NCBI GenBank assembly: GCA_964634895.1
Contig: CAZWJS010000002.1
Coordinates: 1-50,798, forward strand
Reading direction: 5' to 3'
DNA from: an uncultured archaeon
GTDB lineage: Archaea; Thermoplasmatota; Poseidoniia; MGIII; CG-Epi1
DNA: 50,798 nucleotides
Shown: positions 25,317 through 33,839 of the stretch, one piece after another
How positions within the stretch are numbered: the stretch's first letter is position 1
How the letters are laid out: each line of letters begins with the position of its first letter
Notes under the pieces: model-generated
What the model saw: the letters and a program-made list of their open reading frames with translations, nothing else
Told to the model about the DNA's origin: nothing
Database searches by the model: none
Program-made: the position numbers and the translations under genes

Positions 25317-27907
25317 TTTTTCTTTCCATCCTGACCAATAATTTCTCCGGTTTTCAAATCAACAGTCTCCCCTGTCTCAGGATTATATCTAAAACCAGAC
25401 TGCTGTGTTTGAATTCCAGAAGTTTGTGTATCATCCATATCTGAATAGTCGTCAAAGTAATCACCACCATCTCCCAAACGACTATAAGCAAACAAACCCA
25501 AACCTGCTACAGAAAGAATAATAAGTGGAATCCATACCAATGGCTGATTTATCAAAGAATCATCATCATCTATTACTTCAGGTTCAATAACAACTCTATC
25601 ATCAACGATAACCGTAACTTCGCCAAATGCCCTATTATCTAATTCATCATACTCATCAATAATATTATCTGGATCAATACGAACCTCTAACTCATATGTA
25701 CCCAACTTTTCCGGAGTCCAATAAAATACATGTACTTCTTCCCCGATTGCTCTTGCAAGAGGTTTTGTCAAATATATATGATCGGGATAGTTGGCCAAAA
25801 GCTCTCCATTAATATACAATGCTATTTCAGCCCCTCCCGTACAAAGTTCGGTAGCATTTGTCATGTTGTCTAAATTGGCTGGGCATTCACAACATATTTC
25901 AGGCCCAAAATTAAAAGCACTAACTTGAATTTGCAATGTTTCATTAAAGTAGATTTGGTTGGGTAACTTCACCATTTCAACAGATAACTGAAAGTTCTTA
26001 GGTTTGATTAGTATCGAAGTGTTATAGATATTGTTTGATAAATTAAGATCCCCAATATCACTATTTTCAATTTCAATTTTTATCGAAATATTGAATAAAC
26101 CTGGTTTAGATGCTGTTTTCCAAGATACAGTAACGAATCTAACTTCTTCATGCAATAAATCCTGTTGATGAACATAATAAACTGGTTCTCCTTCAAAATC
26201 GTATGTTTGAAATTCAGGATTAGAGGAATTATCAACGTATAAAGATAAGCGAAATTCAGGAATTCTTGCTAACCTATTTTTCACCTCTACAAGGAAATCC
26301 ACAGATTCACCTTTAAAAACTTCATCACTAGCTGTTACGTTTGCCAGAATTAAATCGTAATGAGGTGCTGCTACACCAATAATCTTTGATTTGATATTAT
26401 TTGTTTCTTCTAATTCATCAACTTCTCCCGGATTATCTGCATATCCAGCTATACTAGGTCGTTGTTCCGCCCAACTATATTGTCCAGTAATATTGGTAAA
26501 TTCTCCTTCAGATAAAGTTACAACCCAAGAATCTACAAAAGTACCATCTACCCTAAATTCTATATCGACATTAGAAACATCCTTAGAACCCTTGTTAAAT
26601 ACAGTAATTACAACATCTGATGGAATCCCACTAACTGGGTCGCCTATTACATTTATGTCAAATATAGTTAAATCTGGCTTAGATTTCAAAACTTTAAGTT
26701 CAAATGAAAAATTATTATCATCCTCATCTAACTCATCAATTGAATTATCAGAATCAATTTCAACTATTATTGTGTGATTTCCTAGAGTAGAAGTACCTGT
26801 CCCCACATCCCAAACAACAAAAGCTGCCTGAGTGCCTGGATTTACTTCACCATTATCTACTCTAGTTCCATTTGAAATATAGGGAACAATATAATCTCCA
26901 ATTAATTGAGGATTTTCTTCACCTTCAGGCAAGTCCCAAAAACTTACTTTAATATTTTCAGCTGGCATTGCATAGTCTTCATTGAGAATCTGAACAGTCA
27001 AAGTTACTGCATGATTGCTATATATTTCATCAAGCCAAGTATCAACAGGAGTAACAGTAATATTGCGAGATTCATCCAATGTGAGTTCAGGAGTGTGTTC
27101 TCTAACAAAGATAGTTGTATTCAACAGGTTATCATCTTCTTCAAATTCATCTAAATCATCATCAGAGTCAAGCATAACTTCAATAAGATAATCTCCAACG
27201 GAATTAGGAACCCAAGTTACATTGAATTCTATACTTGCACCCTGAGCAATCTCGAATCTAACTTCTACTAGTTCAATGGTATTAGTATCACCATCTACTG
27301 TTTCAGTAAAATGAAGATAGAAATCCCCCTTAGTTTCCTCTCTACCTGTGTTCTGGAAAAGGGCCACAATATCAACGGCATCACCTCGCGATGGAGTAGC
27401 AGTATCAAAAGTAATACTAAAATCACCATCCATTCCCTTAAGGTTAGGTTTAGCTCGAGAATATATTGTAAACTCATGAACTATTTTGTTATTGTCTTCA
27501 TTGGACTCTGAAATCTCTTCAGTGTAATCTACAGAAATAGTCAAGACCCTGTCACCTGTGCCTCCACAACCATCTGCACCGTGAGGCGCACAAGAAAATT
27601 CAATTTCAGCAGGTTTAGTGTGATCTATAACGGCTACAGTAGTTTCGAATATTGGTGTACACTGATCGTCAGAATCACATTCTGAAGTGCTGTTCCACAC
27701 TACAATATCTACATCAGTAGCCGGAGAAAGCTCTTCATTATTAACAACCTCAAAACGAATCTCTATTGTTTCCCCCATAACAGGATAATCTGGTGACATT
27801 GTAAAATTAATAGGTTCTAGATCAGCAGCTTCGGCTTCACCAGTAAATAAAAGCATAACAAATATAGCTCCAAAAATGCTAAAAATTACATTCGTTAATC
27901 TTTCCAT
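25310..27907 (-). CDS. Anchored surface protein with multiple CARDB-like domains
   Basis: The ORF is open to 28003. ATG 27907 gives the signal peptide MERLTNVIFSIFGAIFVMLLFTGEAEA and has a TATA at -24 to -31. CARDB-like blocks (PDLTIFDINVIG..VVITVFNKGSKDVSNVDIEF). C-terminal TM LVWIPLIILSVAGLGLFAY and a short tail. Confidence 0.7.
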   Translation of the reverse strand: MERLTNVIFSIFGAIFVMLLFTGEAEAADLEPINFTMSPDYPVMGETIEIRFEVVNNEELSPATDVDIVVWNSTSECDSDDQCTPIFETTVAVIDHTKPAEIEFSCAPHGADGCGGTGDRVLTISVDYTEEISESNEDNNKIVHEFTIYSRAKPNLKGMDGDFSITFDTATPSRGDAVDIVALFQNTGREETKGDFYLHFTETVDGDTNTIELVEVRFEIAQGASIEFNVTWVPNSVGDYLIEVMLDSDDDLDEFEEDDNLLNTTIFVREHTPELTLDESRNITVTPVDTWLDEIYSNHAVTLTVQILNEDYAMPAENIKVSFWDLPEGEENPQLIGDYIVPYISNGTRVDNGEVNPGTQAAFVVWDVGTGTSTLGNHTIIVEIDSDNSIDELDEDDNNFSFELKVLKSKPDLTIFDINVIGDPVSGIPSDVVITVFNKGSKDVSNVDIEFRVDGTFVDSWVVTLSEGEFTNITGQYSWAEQRPSIAGYADNPGEVDELEETNNIKSKIIGVAAPHYDLILANVTASDEVFKGESVDFLVEVKNRLARIPEFRLSLYVDNSSNPEFQTYDFEGEPVYYVHQQDLLHEEVRFVTVSWKTASKPGLFNISIKIEIENSDIGDLNLSNNIYNTSILIKPKNFQLSVEMVKLPNQIYFNETLQIQVSAFNFGPEICCECPANLDNMTNATELCTGGAEIALYINGELLANYPDHIYLTKPLARAIGEEVHVFYWTPEKLGTYELEVRIDPDNIIDEYDELDNRAFGEVTVIVDDRVVIEPEVIDDDDSLINQPLVWIPLIILSVAGLGLFAYSRLGDGGDYFDDYSDMDDTQTSGIQTQQSGFRYNPETGETVDLKTGEIIGQDGKKNQ

Positions 27908-27930
27908 CGTTAATACAGTTATAGTTTTGT

Positions 27931-27938
27931 TATATAAA
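27931..27938 (-). promoter_or_regulatory. TATA box (TTTATATA on the minus strand) for the CARDB surface-protein gene
   Basis: Lies 24-31 nt upstream of the ATG at 27907. Confidence 0.4.
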
Positions 27939-27976
27939 GGGATGCCAAAAAAATTTGGAAAAAAAGAAACGCAGAG

Positions 27977-27984
27977 TTTATAAT
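27977..27984 (+). promoter_or_regulatory. TATA box (TTTATAAT) for purB
   Basis: Lies 20-27 nt upstream of the ATG at 28004. The alternative ATG at 27983 sits inside this element. Confidence 0.4.
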
Positions 27985-28003
27985 GGGCAGTTTTTGCGAA
28001 CAC

Positions 28004-29332
28004 ATGGACCCAGTAAGTGTGCTTGACTACAGGTATGGCACAGAAGAAATGAGAAATATTTTTAGAGCAGATTCCTACCTTAGATTTCTATTAGAAGTAG
28101 AAGGCACCTTGGCTGAGGTTCAGGAAGAAATGGAGATTATACCAAAAGGAACTAGTGACGCCATAAAAAAAGGATTTAAAGCAGTAAAGAGAAAACGTGT
28201 AGAAGAAATTGAAAAATTAATCAATCATGACATCATGGCTGTTGTAAAAGCCTTGGAAGAAAAAACAGGAGAAGCTGGCAAATGGATTCATTTCGGGGCT
28301 ACAAGCTATGATATTGTAGACACGGCGAGGGCTTTACAGCACTCTAAAGCTATTTATCTGATTGAAAAAAGAATTGAAAAATTAATTGCCGCATTATCTA
28401 AACTTTCTAAGAAACACAAAAAAACAGTTATGTTAGGAAGAACACATGGTCAATGGGCAACGCCTATCACATTTGGATTAAAAATGTCTGTATTTTTGTC
28501 TGAAGTGAAAAGGCACAAAGAAAGATTAAAAGAAATTAAACCACGAATTATTATGGGTAAATTTTTGGGAGCTGTGGGTTCTGGCGCCTCAATGAAACCT
28601 CACACATTAAAGGTCCAGAAAGCTGTTTGTGCAAAACTTAAACTCAATGAACCATTAGCTACCACACAGATACTTGGAAGAGACAGATTAGCAGAAATGA
28701 TTGCCTGGGGATCTAATGTTGCCACAAGCTTGGAAAAATTTACACTTGAAATTCGGAATTTACAGAGAAGTGATATAGGAGAAGTCTCTGAAGCATTTGA
28801 CAAAGACAAGCAAGTCGGTTCTTCAACTATGGCACAAAAAAAGAATCCGATTACTTCTGAAAATGTTGGTGGATTGGCTAGAATAGTGAGGTCAATGCTC
28901 TATCCAGCATATGAAAACAATCTACAATGGCATGAAAGAGACTTAGCAAATTCAAGTAATGAAAGAATTATTTTGCCTCAATTCTATATCCTTCTGGAAT
29001 ATATACTGATAAAAACGGAAAACGTTTTTGCTAACTTATTTGTTGATGAGAAAAAAATGAAACAAAATCTAGAGAAATCTGGAGGTTTGCCAATGGCTGA
29101 ATATTTTGTTATAGAACTTGGTAAGACTGATTTAGGAAGACAAGCTTCACATGAATTAATAAGAACGATTACCATGAACGCTGAAAAAGAGGAAATAACC
29201 TTTGAAGAAGCAATAAAGAAAAACAAGGAAATACATGAAAAATTGGGTATTGAAAAAATAGAATATTGCCTTAAACCTGAAAATTACATAGGCCATTCTG
29301 AAGAAATTGTTGATCGTGTTTTGGATGCTTAA
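28004..29332 (+). CDS. purB: Adenylosuccinate lyase
   Basis: Fumarate-lyase signature GSSTMAQKKNP. N-terminus LDYRYGTEEMRNIF is typical of PurB. Confidence 0.93.
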   Translation: MDPVSVLDYRYGTEEMRNIFRADSYLRFLLEVEGTLAEVQEEMEIIPKGTSDAIKKGFKAVKRKRVEEIEKLINHDIMAVVKALEEKTGEAGKWIHFGATSYDIVDTARALQHSKAIYLIEKRIEKLIAALSKLSKKHKKTVMLGRTHGQWATPITFGLKMSVFLSEVKRHKERLKEIKPRIIMGKFLGAVGSGASMKPHTLKVQKAVCAKLKLNEPLATTQILGRDRLAEMIAWGSNVATSLEKFTLEIRNLQRSDIGEVSEAFDKDKQVGSSTMAQKKNPITSENVGGLARIVRSMLYPAYENNLQWHERDLANSSNERIILPQFYILLEYILIKTENVFANLFVDEKKMKQNLEKSGGLPMAEYFVIELGKTDLGRQASHELIRTITMNAEKEEITFEEAIKKNKEIHEKLGIEKIEYCLKPENYIGHSEEIVDRVLDA

Positions 29333-29779
29333 ATGGAAGAATATGCTAAATCATTCAAAACCGGCCACAATATAAAAAAAAAAGGAGATAAACTAATACT
29401 AAATTTATTTGATAATAATATAATTGCAAAATACAATATTATAGGAAAATGCATTCATTTGACAACAAAAATAAAATTAGAAGAGAATATACGCAAAGAA
29501 ACGGAATTGATTCATGCAAAAACTACCAGTTCAAAAGAAAAAAAAATTTACGAAAAAATATTAGAGCTAATCTCCGACCAATTAGAACCAAAAACTTTCG
29601 CAATAAAAGTTAATAGGAAAGGAGAACACAACTATAATTCAACGGAACTTGCTCGTAATGTGGCTGGTGCTGTATTTGAAAAATGGCCAAACATAAAAGT
29701 TAAATTAGACAAACCAAAAATGGAAATTTTTGTTCAAATTATTAATAATCGCAGCATAATATATCTAACAGAAAAATGA
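29333..29779 (+). CDS. THUMP-domain RNA-binding protein (putative)
   Basis: 148 aa. The C-terminal half (FAIKVNRKGEHNYNSTELARNVAGAVFEKWPNIKVKLDKPKMEIFVQI) follows the THUMP pattern. The start abuts the purB stop. Confidence 0.55.
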   Translation: MEEYAKSFKTGHNIKKKGDKLILNLFDNNIIAKYNIIGKCIHLTTKIKLEENIRKETELIHAKTTSSKEKKIYEKILELISDQLEPKTFAIKVNRKGEHNYNSTELARNVAGAVFEKWPNIKVKLDKPKMEIFVQIINNRSIIYLTEK

Positions 29780-30654
29780 ATATCTCTATTATTGGCCCTG
29801 GTGCCATTGGGACTATGCTAGCCTTCAAATTATCTAGTGCTGGAGCGAATATAACTCTTATTGTAAAACCTAGCCATATATCCTTAATCAATAAAAAGGA
29901 AATAACTCTAAATTTATTGAAAACTCAGGGCACTAGAATTAAAGTACAAACTAAAATAGACAAAACAGATTACATAATTATCACTGTTAAAAGTTATGAT
30001 TTCCAAAAAAGTATGAATGACCTAATAAATACTCAAATACCAGTTATGTGCTGTCAAAATGGTTTACAAACTTTAAACATCGCTAAACAAAAATTAAATG
30101 GAAACAAAATTGACTATTTGGTGACTGGCCATGGAATTTCCAAAAAAGCTCCAGGCCAGGCTGAACACAAAGGATATGGATTTACTTATATAGGGAATAT
30201 ATCAGGGAATAACAATGAAAAACTAATTAAAATCAAAAACTATCTAAATGATAGCGGACTAATTACTGAAATAGTAAACCCTATTGAAGACTACATCTGG
30301 CTAAAGAGTATAATTAATTCAGCCATAAATCCAGTTGCTGCAGCCAATAAGGTCAAAAATGGGGTTTTAGCAAACTCGGATTTGAACAAAATTGTAAAAC
30401 AATTATGTGAAGAATCAACCAACGTTTCTAAGGCTATGAAAATCAAATTGCCTCTGGATCCTTGGATCGAAATTAACAAAATAATCGACAAAACCTCTGA
30501 AAATACTTGTAGTATGTTACAAGACATAAAAAACCAAAAAACAACTGAAATAGAAGCTATAAACGGTGAGATAATTAGAATTGGAAAACAATACAATATT
30601 CCCACTCCAAAAAATCAGGAATTCTTACAAAGAATACAATTAATGTCTAATTGA
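29776..30654 (+). CDS. panE: 2-dehydropantoate 2-reductase (ApbA/PanE family)
   Basis: 292 aa. N-terminal Rossmann motif ISIIGPGAIGTMLA. C-terminal SMLQDI..KTEIEAINGEI block typical of PanE. Confidence 0.75.
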   Translation: MNISIIGPGAIGTMLAFKLSSAGANITLIVKPSHISLINKKEITLNLLKTQGTRIKVQTKIDKTDYIIITVKSYDFQKSMNDLINTQIPVMCCQNGLQTLNIAKQKLNGNKIDYLVTGHGISKKAPGQAEHKGYGFTYIGNISGNNNEKLIKIKNYLNDSGLITEIVNPIEDYIWLKSIINSAINPVAAANKVKNGVLANSDLNKIVKQLCEESTNVSKAMKIKLPLDPWIEINKIIDKTSENTCSMLQDIKNQKTTEIEAINGEIIRIGKQYNIPTPKNQEFLQRIQLMSN

Positions 30655-31681
30655 TTCCAAGTGCCTCATTTGTTTTAATAATTGACTTCATATTATCTTC
30701 TTCAAGACCACACATTGCTCTGATAGCATCAATGTTCTCTGGGACTACATCAGATTCCTGGTGTATTGCTTGATAATAGTATAATTTATTTCCAAAAGTA
30801 TGTACTCCATCTCTCCATACTGCAATCTGATTTAGATCGCCTCTTGTATAAAGTGAGTCTCTAGCTAATTCCATTATCTCAGCAGTACCTGGAAGATTTG
30901 AAATCTTAGAGCCATCATTGTTCAAATATCCCTCAATCAAATCAACACGTGGTGTATTTTCCCAAAGCTGAATTATCTTTTCCACATTTGGTTCCTTCTC
31001 AAGCTCAGCTATTATGCAATGAACGTGCATAATCGTTGTCGGAACTTTAACTGCCATCGTTTGTATATTAAGATTTGAAATGACAGTCTGCACATCTGGT
31101 CCATGATGACTAGGAACTCCTAAAACAGGCTCAATCGAATTGATTGGACCCCTATTACTGTCCTTAGGATCTCCACTACGCCTAACCATTACTGCCTGGA
31201 CATTATCTATACCATATTCTTTAAGAACTGGATAAAGTGTTCTAGAAAGCCCAGTTGTATTACAAGAAACTACTCTTACAAAATCTTGATTAAATGATTC
31301 GGAATAATTGGTTAGTGAGTTAAAACTTATACCAATAGGTGCATGTTTTTCGCCACCTTGCCAAATAGCCTTTGTTCCTGCAGATTTATACATATCCCTA
31401 TTATTCACTCCTAACTTACTAGGAGTACAGTCAATGATTATATCTGCATCAGCGACTAAATCCTCTGTAGTTCCTGAAACTTCCACACCATATTTTTCAA
31501 AGAAAGGAATTTTACTCTTTGTAGAGGCAAAAATAGGGAAGCTCGCATCTAAGGCACCTCTCAATTCATAGGTAGGTTTAGTCTTAACAATACCCGCTAT
31601 TTTCATATCATCTTGCAAATTAACTGCTTCAGCAACGCGCTTACCAATAGTTCCGTAACCGTTGATTCCAACCTTAATCAT
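30647..31681 (-). CDS. gap: Glyceraldehyde-3-phosphate dehydrogenase, archaeal type II
   Basis: 344 aa. MIKVGINGYGTIGKRVAEAV and the catalytic-Cys motif VVSCNTTGL. Confidence 0.93.
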   Translation of the reverse strand: MIKVGINGYGTIGKRVAEAVNLQDDMKIAGIVKTKPTYELRGALDASFPIFASTKSKIPFFEKYGVEVSGTTEDLVADADIIIDCTPSKLGVNNRDMYKSAGTKAIWQGGEKHAPIGISFNSLTNYSESFNQDFVRVVSCNTTGLSRTLYPVLKEYGIDNVQAVMVRRSGDPKDSNRGPINSIEPVLGVPSHHGPDVQTVISNLNIQTMAVKVPTTIMHVHCIIAELEKEPNVEKIIQLWENTPRVDLIEGYLNNDGSKISNLPGTAEIMELARDSLYTRGDLNQIAVWRDGVHTFGNKLYYYQAIHQESDVVPENIDAIRAMCGLEEDNMKSIIKTNEALGIN

Positions 31682-31723
31682 ATAACTTCATTTAGTAGTG
31701 CTATTTAACTAATTTTATGAAGA

Positions 31724-33838
31724 TTATGAATTGCCATCTTCATTCATTTTCTTTCTTAACTGCTCTATAGAAACTGAGACTTTCTTCTCAGGAATAGCAT
31801 CTGTAGTTTGTGTGAATTCTTCAACAGATTCATCATTAGATGGCATAGTCTCAACAGAATCAACATCTGAAGAAAATTCTTCTACAACAGGACTGGAATC
31901 AGCTTCTTTCTCTTCAACAACATCTGAATCATCCTCTGCTATATTCTTTGAAATTGCATAATCTCCATCTCCCCCTTGCCCTGCTGTTACATTTCCGCTC
32001 TCAATATCCTCAACCAGTTGAGCACGTTTTTCTGAACTCGCACCTTCTGCAATCTCATCTAAAATTTCCTCAGTTGAAGCCGCTGGATCTTGCTCAGCAA
32101 ACTCCTCCTCTTCAGTTTCAATAAGCTCATCTAAGCCGAGTTCAGCTTCCTCATTGTATAAGAATTCGGGCATCTCTGGAGCAACAGCACCAGGTGTTGC
32201 AATTGCTTCATAAAATTGAAAAGCTTTTCTTTCAACTTCAGATACAAATCTTTCCAAGTCTTCATCCGTCTCTATTTTTGAATATATGGTGGCCATTCTA
32301 TCTGCTATGAAAGCAAAATAGTTTGGAGCTACTTCAAAGGCCTTCTCGGTCCAAGTAAAAGGAATCCAGGCCATAACTTGCTTATTTTTTGGGTCGACCG
32401 TTATTTTCAATTGGGGGCCAGGGTAAATAATTCCACCACAAGAAACATCATAGTTATTCATGTATGCTAATACTTTGTAAACATCCTCTTGTTTTGGAGT
32501 TTGTTGAAGATTATATTTAGCTTCAAAATAAAATTGTACTCCCCTATAATTCATGAAAATTTCTGGCCTCCCAGATCCCTCTACTGGATTAGCGGACTCT
32601 GTATTTTCACCAAACAAGGAACCCATAATGGAATCACTCCAACCTTGCCTTACCTGCTCAGGGGCATCATATTTCAACACAATATCCTTATTCTTAGATC
32701 TAAATTCCCTAAGAGATTTAGCGTGAGCACTCAAATTCAAACCTGATGCCATCTCACAAAGAATCCACAGTGCATAAATGTCTGTCATCTTTTGGGTTTG
32801 GACCAAAACAGTTTCTTCATAATATGATTGATAATCTTCTAAGAACTTCTTCCATAAAGGTGGTAATTCTCTGTAAGAACGGTTACGACTCCAAGTTTTT
32901 GCTTCTATCAAAGCCTCGCGATTAATCAATCTTTGCTCCTTACGAGTACTCTTAGCTACTGGGATTAACTCAGCTAATTTACCATCTCCTAAAACTTGTT
33001 TGTGCATCCTACAAGCAAAATCTAGCTTGTCAAGATTGGCCTTCGCCTCATCATCCAATGGCTGATATTCCTTGCCATATATCGCAGACCAGGCTTTCTT
33101 CTCACGCTCTCTCCTATCCATTTCATCTCTAAAAAAGATAGCTTCGATGAATACTTCCATATGGAATTTGACTAAAAGAATATTAGTAGGAGTACTCCAT
33201 TTCCTCTTCCGAATATCTGTAACATGGGCTGTAGCATATTCAGTCCCTTTTTGTGCCCTAGCGAGCGCAGTTTTTTGCCATCTGACAGCACCCCTTATCT
33301 GGGACTTCATAGTCTTTCTTTCGACTTCCACTTTATACGTATATGCACCTTTTCTGATATCATTTGTAACTTTAAGTAACTCTCCAGAAAATTCTAACAA
33401 TTGTTCAATATTAAGCAAAATCTTTTCTTCTTCAATCGATGAAGTAGCTCCAGGATACATGCCTTCTGGAGGCTCATCGGCCCCTGAATTCTTAACTAGG
33501 TCTGGAATATGTTCATCTCTCAGATTCTTGAACTGCTCATAATCTAACATCTTTGGAGCTATAACTACTTCCAATTTGTTAGAGACTGCAGTACCTTCCT
33601 TATTATGGAGACTTATAGTATTCGTACCTATATAATCTGGAACTGTAAATTGTAATGAATGTGAGGAATTCGATTTGATTAATGGCAAGTCTTCTACTTT
33701 CACAGAACCTAATCTAATGTGAACTCCATCCAATTGCTTAAACGCATTAACATTAAGCATAACATCTTCGCCTTCTTCTAAATTCTGAGAATGCTCTGGA
33801 GGTAAATTAAGTTCTATTGTTGCGTCAGGTAAAAACAT
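31724..33838 (-). CDS. McrC/DUF2357-like PD-(D/E)xK nuclease-family protein with a roughly 150-aa acidic C-terminal tail
   Basis: 704 aa. The helix DIYALWILCEMA is followed by GRPEIFMNYRGVQFYFEAKY (E426, E439, K441 at 32516-32563). IRGAVRWQKT block. The start lies 1 nt after the stop of the McrB-like gene. Confidence 0.55.
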   Translation of the reverse strand: MFLPDATIELNLPPEHSQNLEEGEDVMLNVNAFKQLDGVHIRLGSVKVEDLPLIKSNSSHSLQFTVPDYIGTNTISLHNKEGTAVSNKLEVVIAPKMLDYEQFKNLRDEHIPDLVKNSGADEPPEGMYPGATSSIEEEKILLNIEQLLEFSGELLKVTNDIRKGAYTYKVEVERKTMKSQIRGAVRWQKTALARAQKGTEYATAHVTDIRKRKWSTPTNILLVKFHMEVFIEAIFFRDEMDRREREKKAWSAIYGKEYQPLDDEAKANLDKLDFACRMHKQVLGDGKLAELIPVAKSTRKEQRLINREALIEAKTWSRNRSYRELPPLWKKFLEDYQSYYEETVLVQTQKMTDIYALWILCEMASGLNLSAHAKSLREFRSKNKDIVLKYDAPEQVRQGWSDSIMGSLFGENTESANPVEGSGRPEIFMNYRGVQFYFEAKYNLQQTPKQEDVYKVLAYMNNYDVSCGGIIYPGPQLKITVDPKNKQVMAWIPFTWTEKAFEVAPNYFAFIADRMATIYSKIETDEDLERFVSEVERKAFQFYEAIATPGAVAPEMPEFLYNEEAELGLDELIETEEEEFAEQDPAASTEEILDEIAEGASSEKRAQLVEDIESGNVTAGQGGDGDYAISKNIAEDDSDVVEEKEADSSPVVEEFSSDVDSVETMPSNDESVEEFTQTTDAIPEKKVSVSIEQLRKKMNEDGNS

Positions 33839-33839
33839 A

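Noticed and set aside
26391-26777. 128-aa plus-strand ORF (also 26906-27154 and 27311-27511)
   Set aside because: These are antisense to the CARDB surface-protein gene. They are low-complexity Ser-rich translations typical of the reverse frame.
27983-28003. The long starts listed for purB (27983) and for the 897-aa ORF (28003), which would make the two divergent genes overlap
   Set aside because: Downstream ATGs at 28004 and 27907 give a PurB-like N-terminus and a proper signal peptide respectively. Each has a TATA-like element about 25 nt upstream.
29374-29383. A10 homopolymer (and an A9 at about 29537) inside the THUMP-like gene, a possible frameshift or phase-variation site
   Set aside because: The reading frame is intact across both runs (they encode Lys runs). 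Such tracts are expected in an AT-rich genome.
33072-33542. 156-aa plus-strand ORF inside the McrC-like gene
   Set aside because: It is antisense to a longer ORF with recognisable motifs. It has no start context or family resemblance. It is a shadow ORF.
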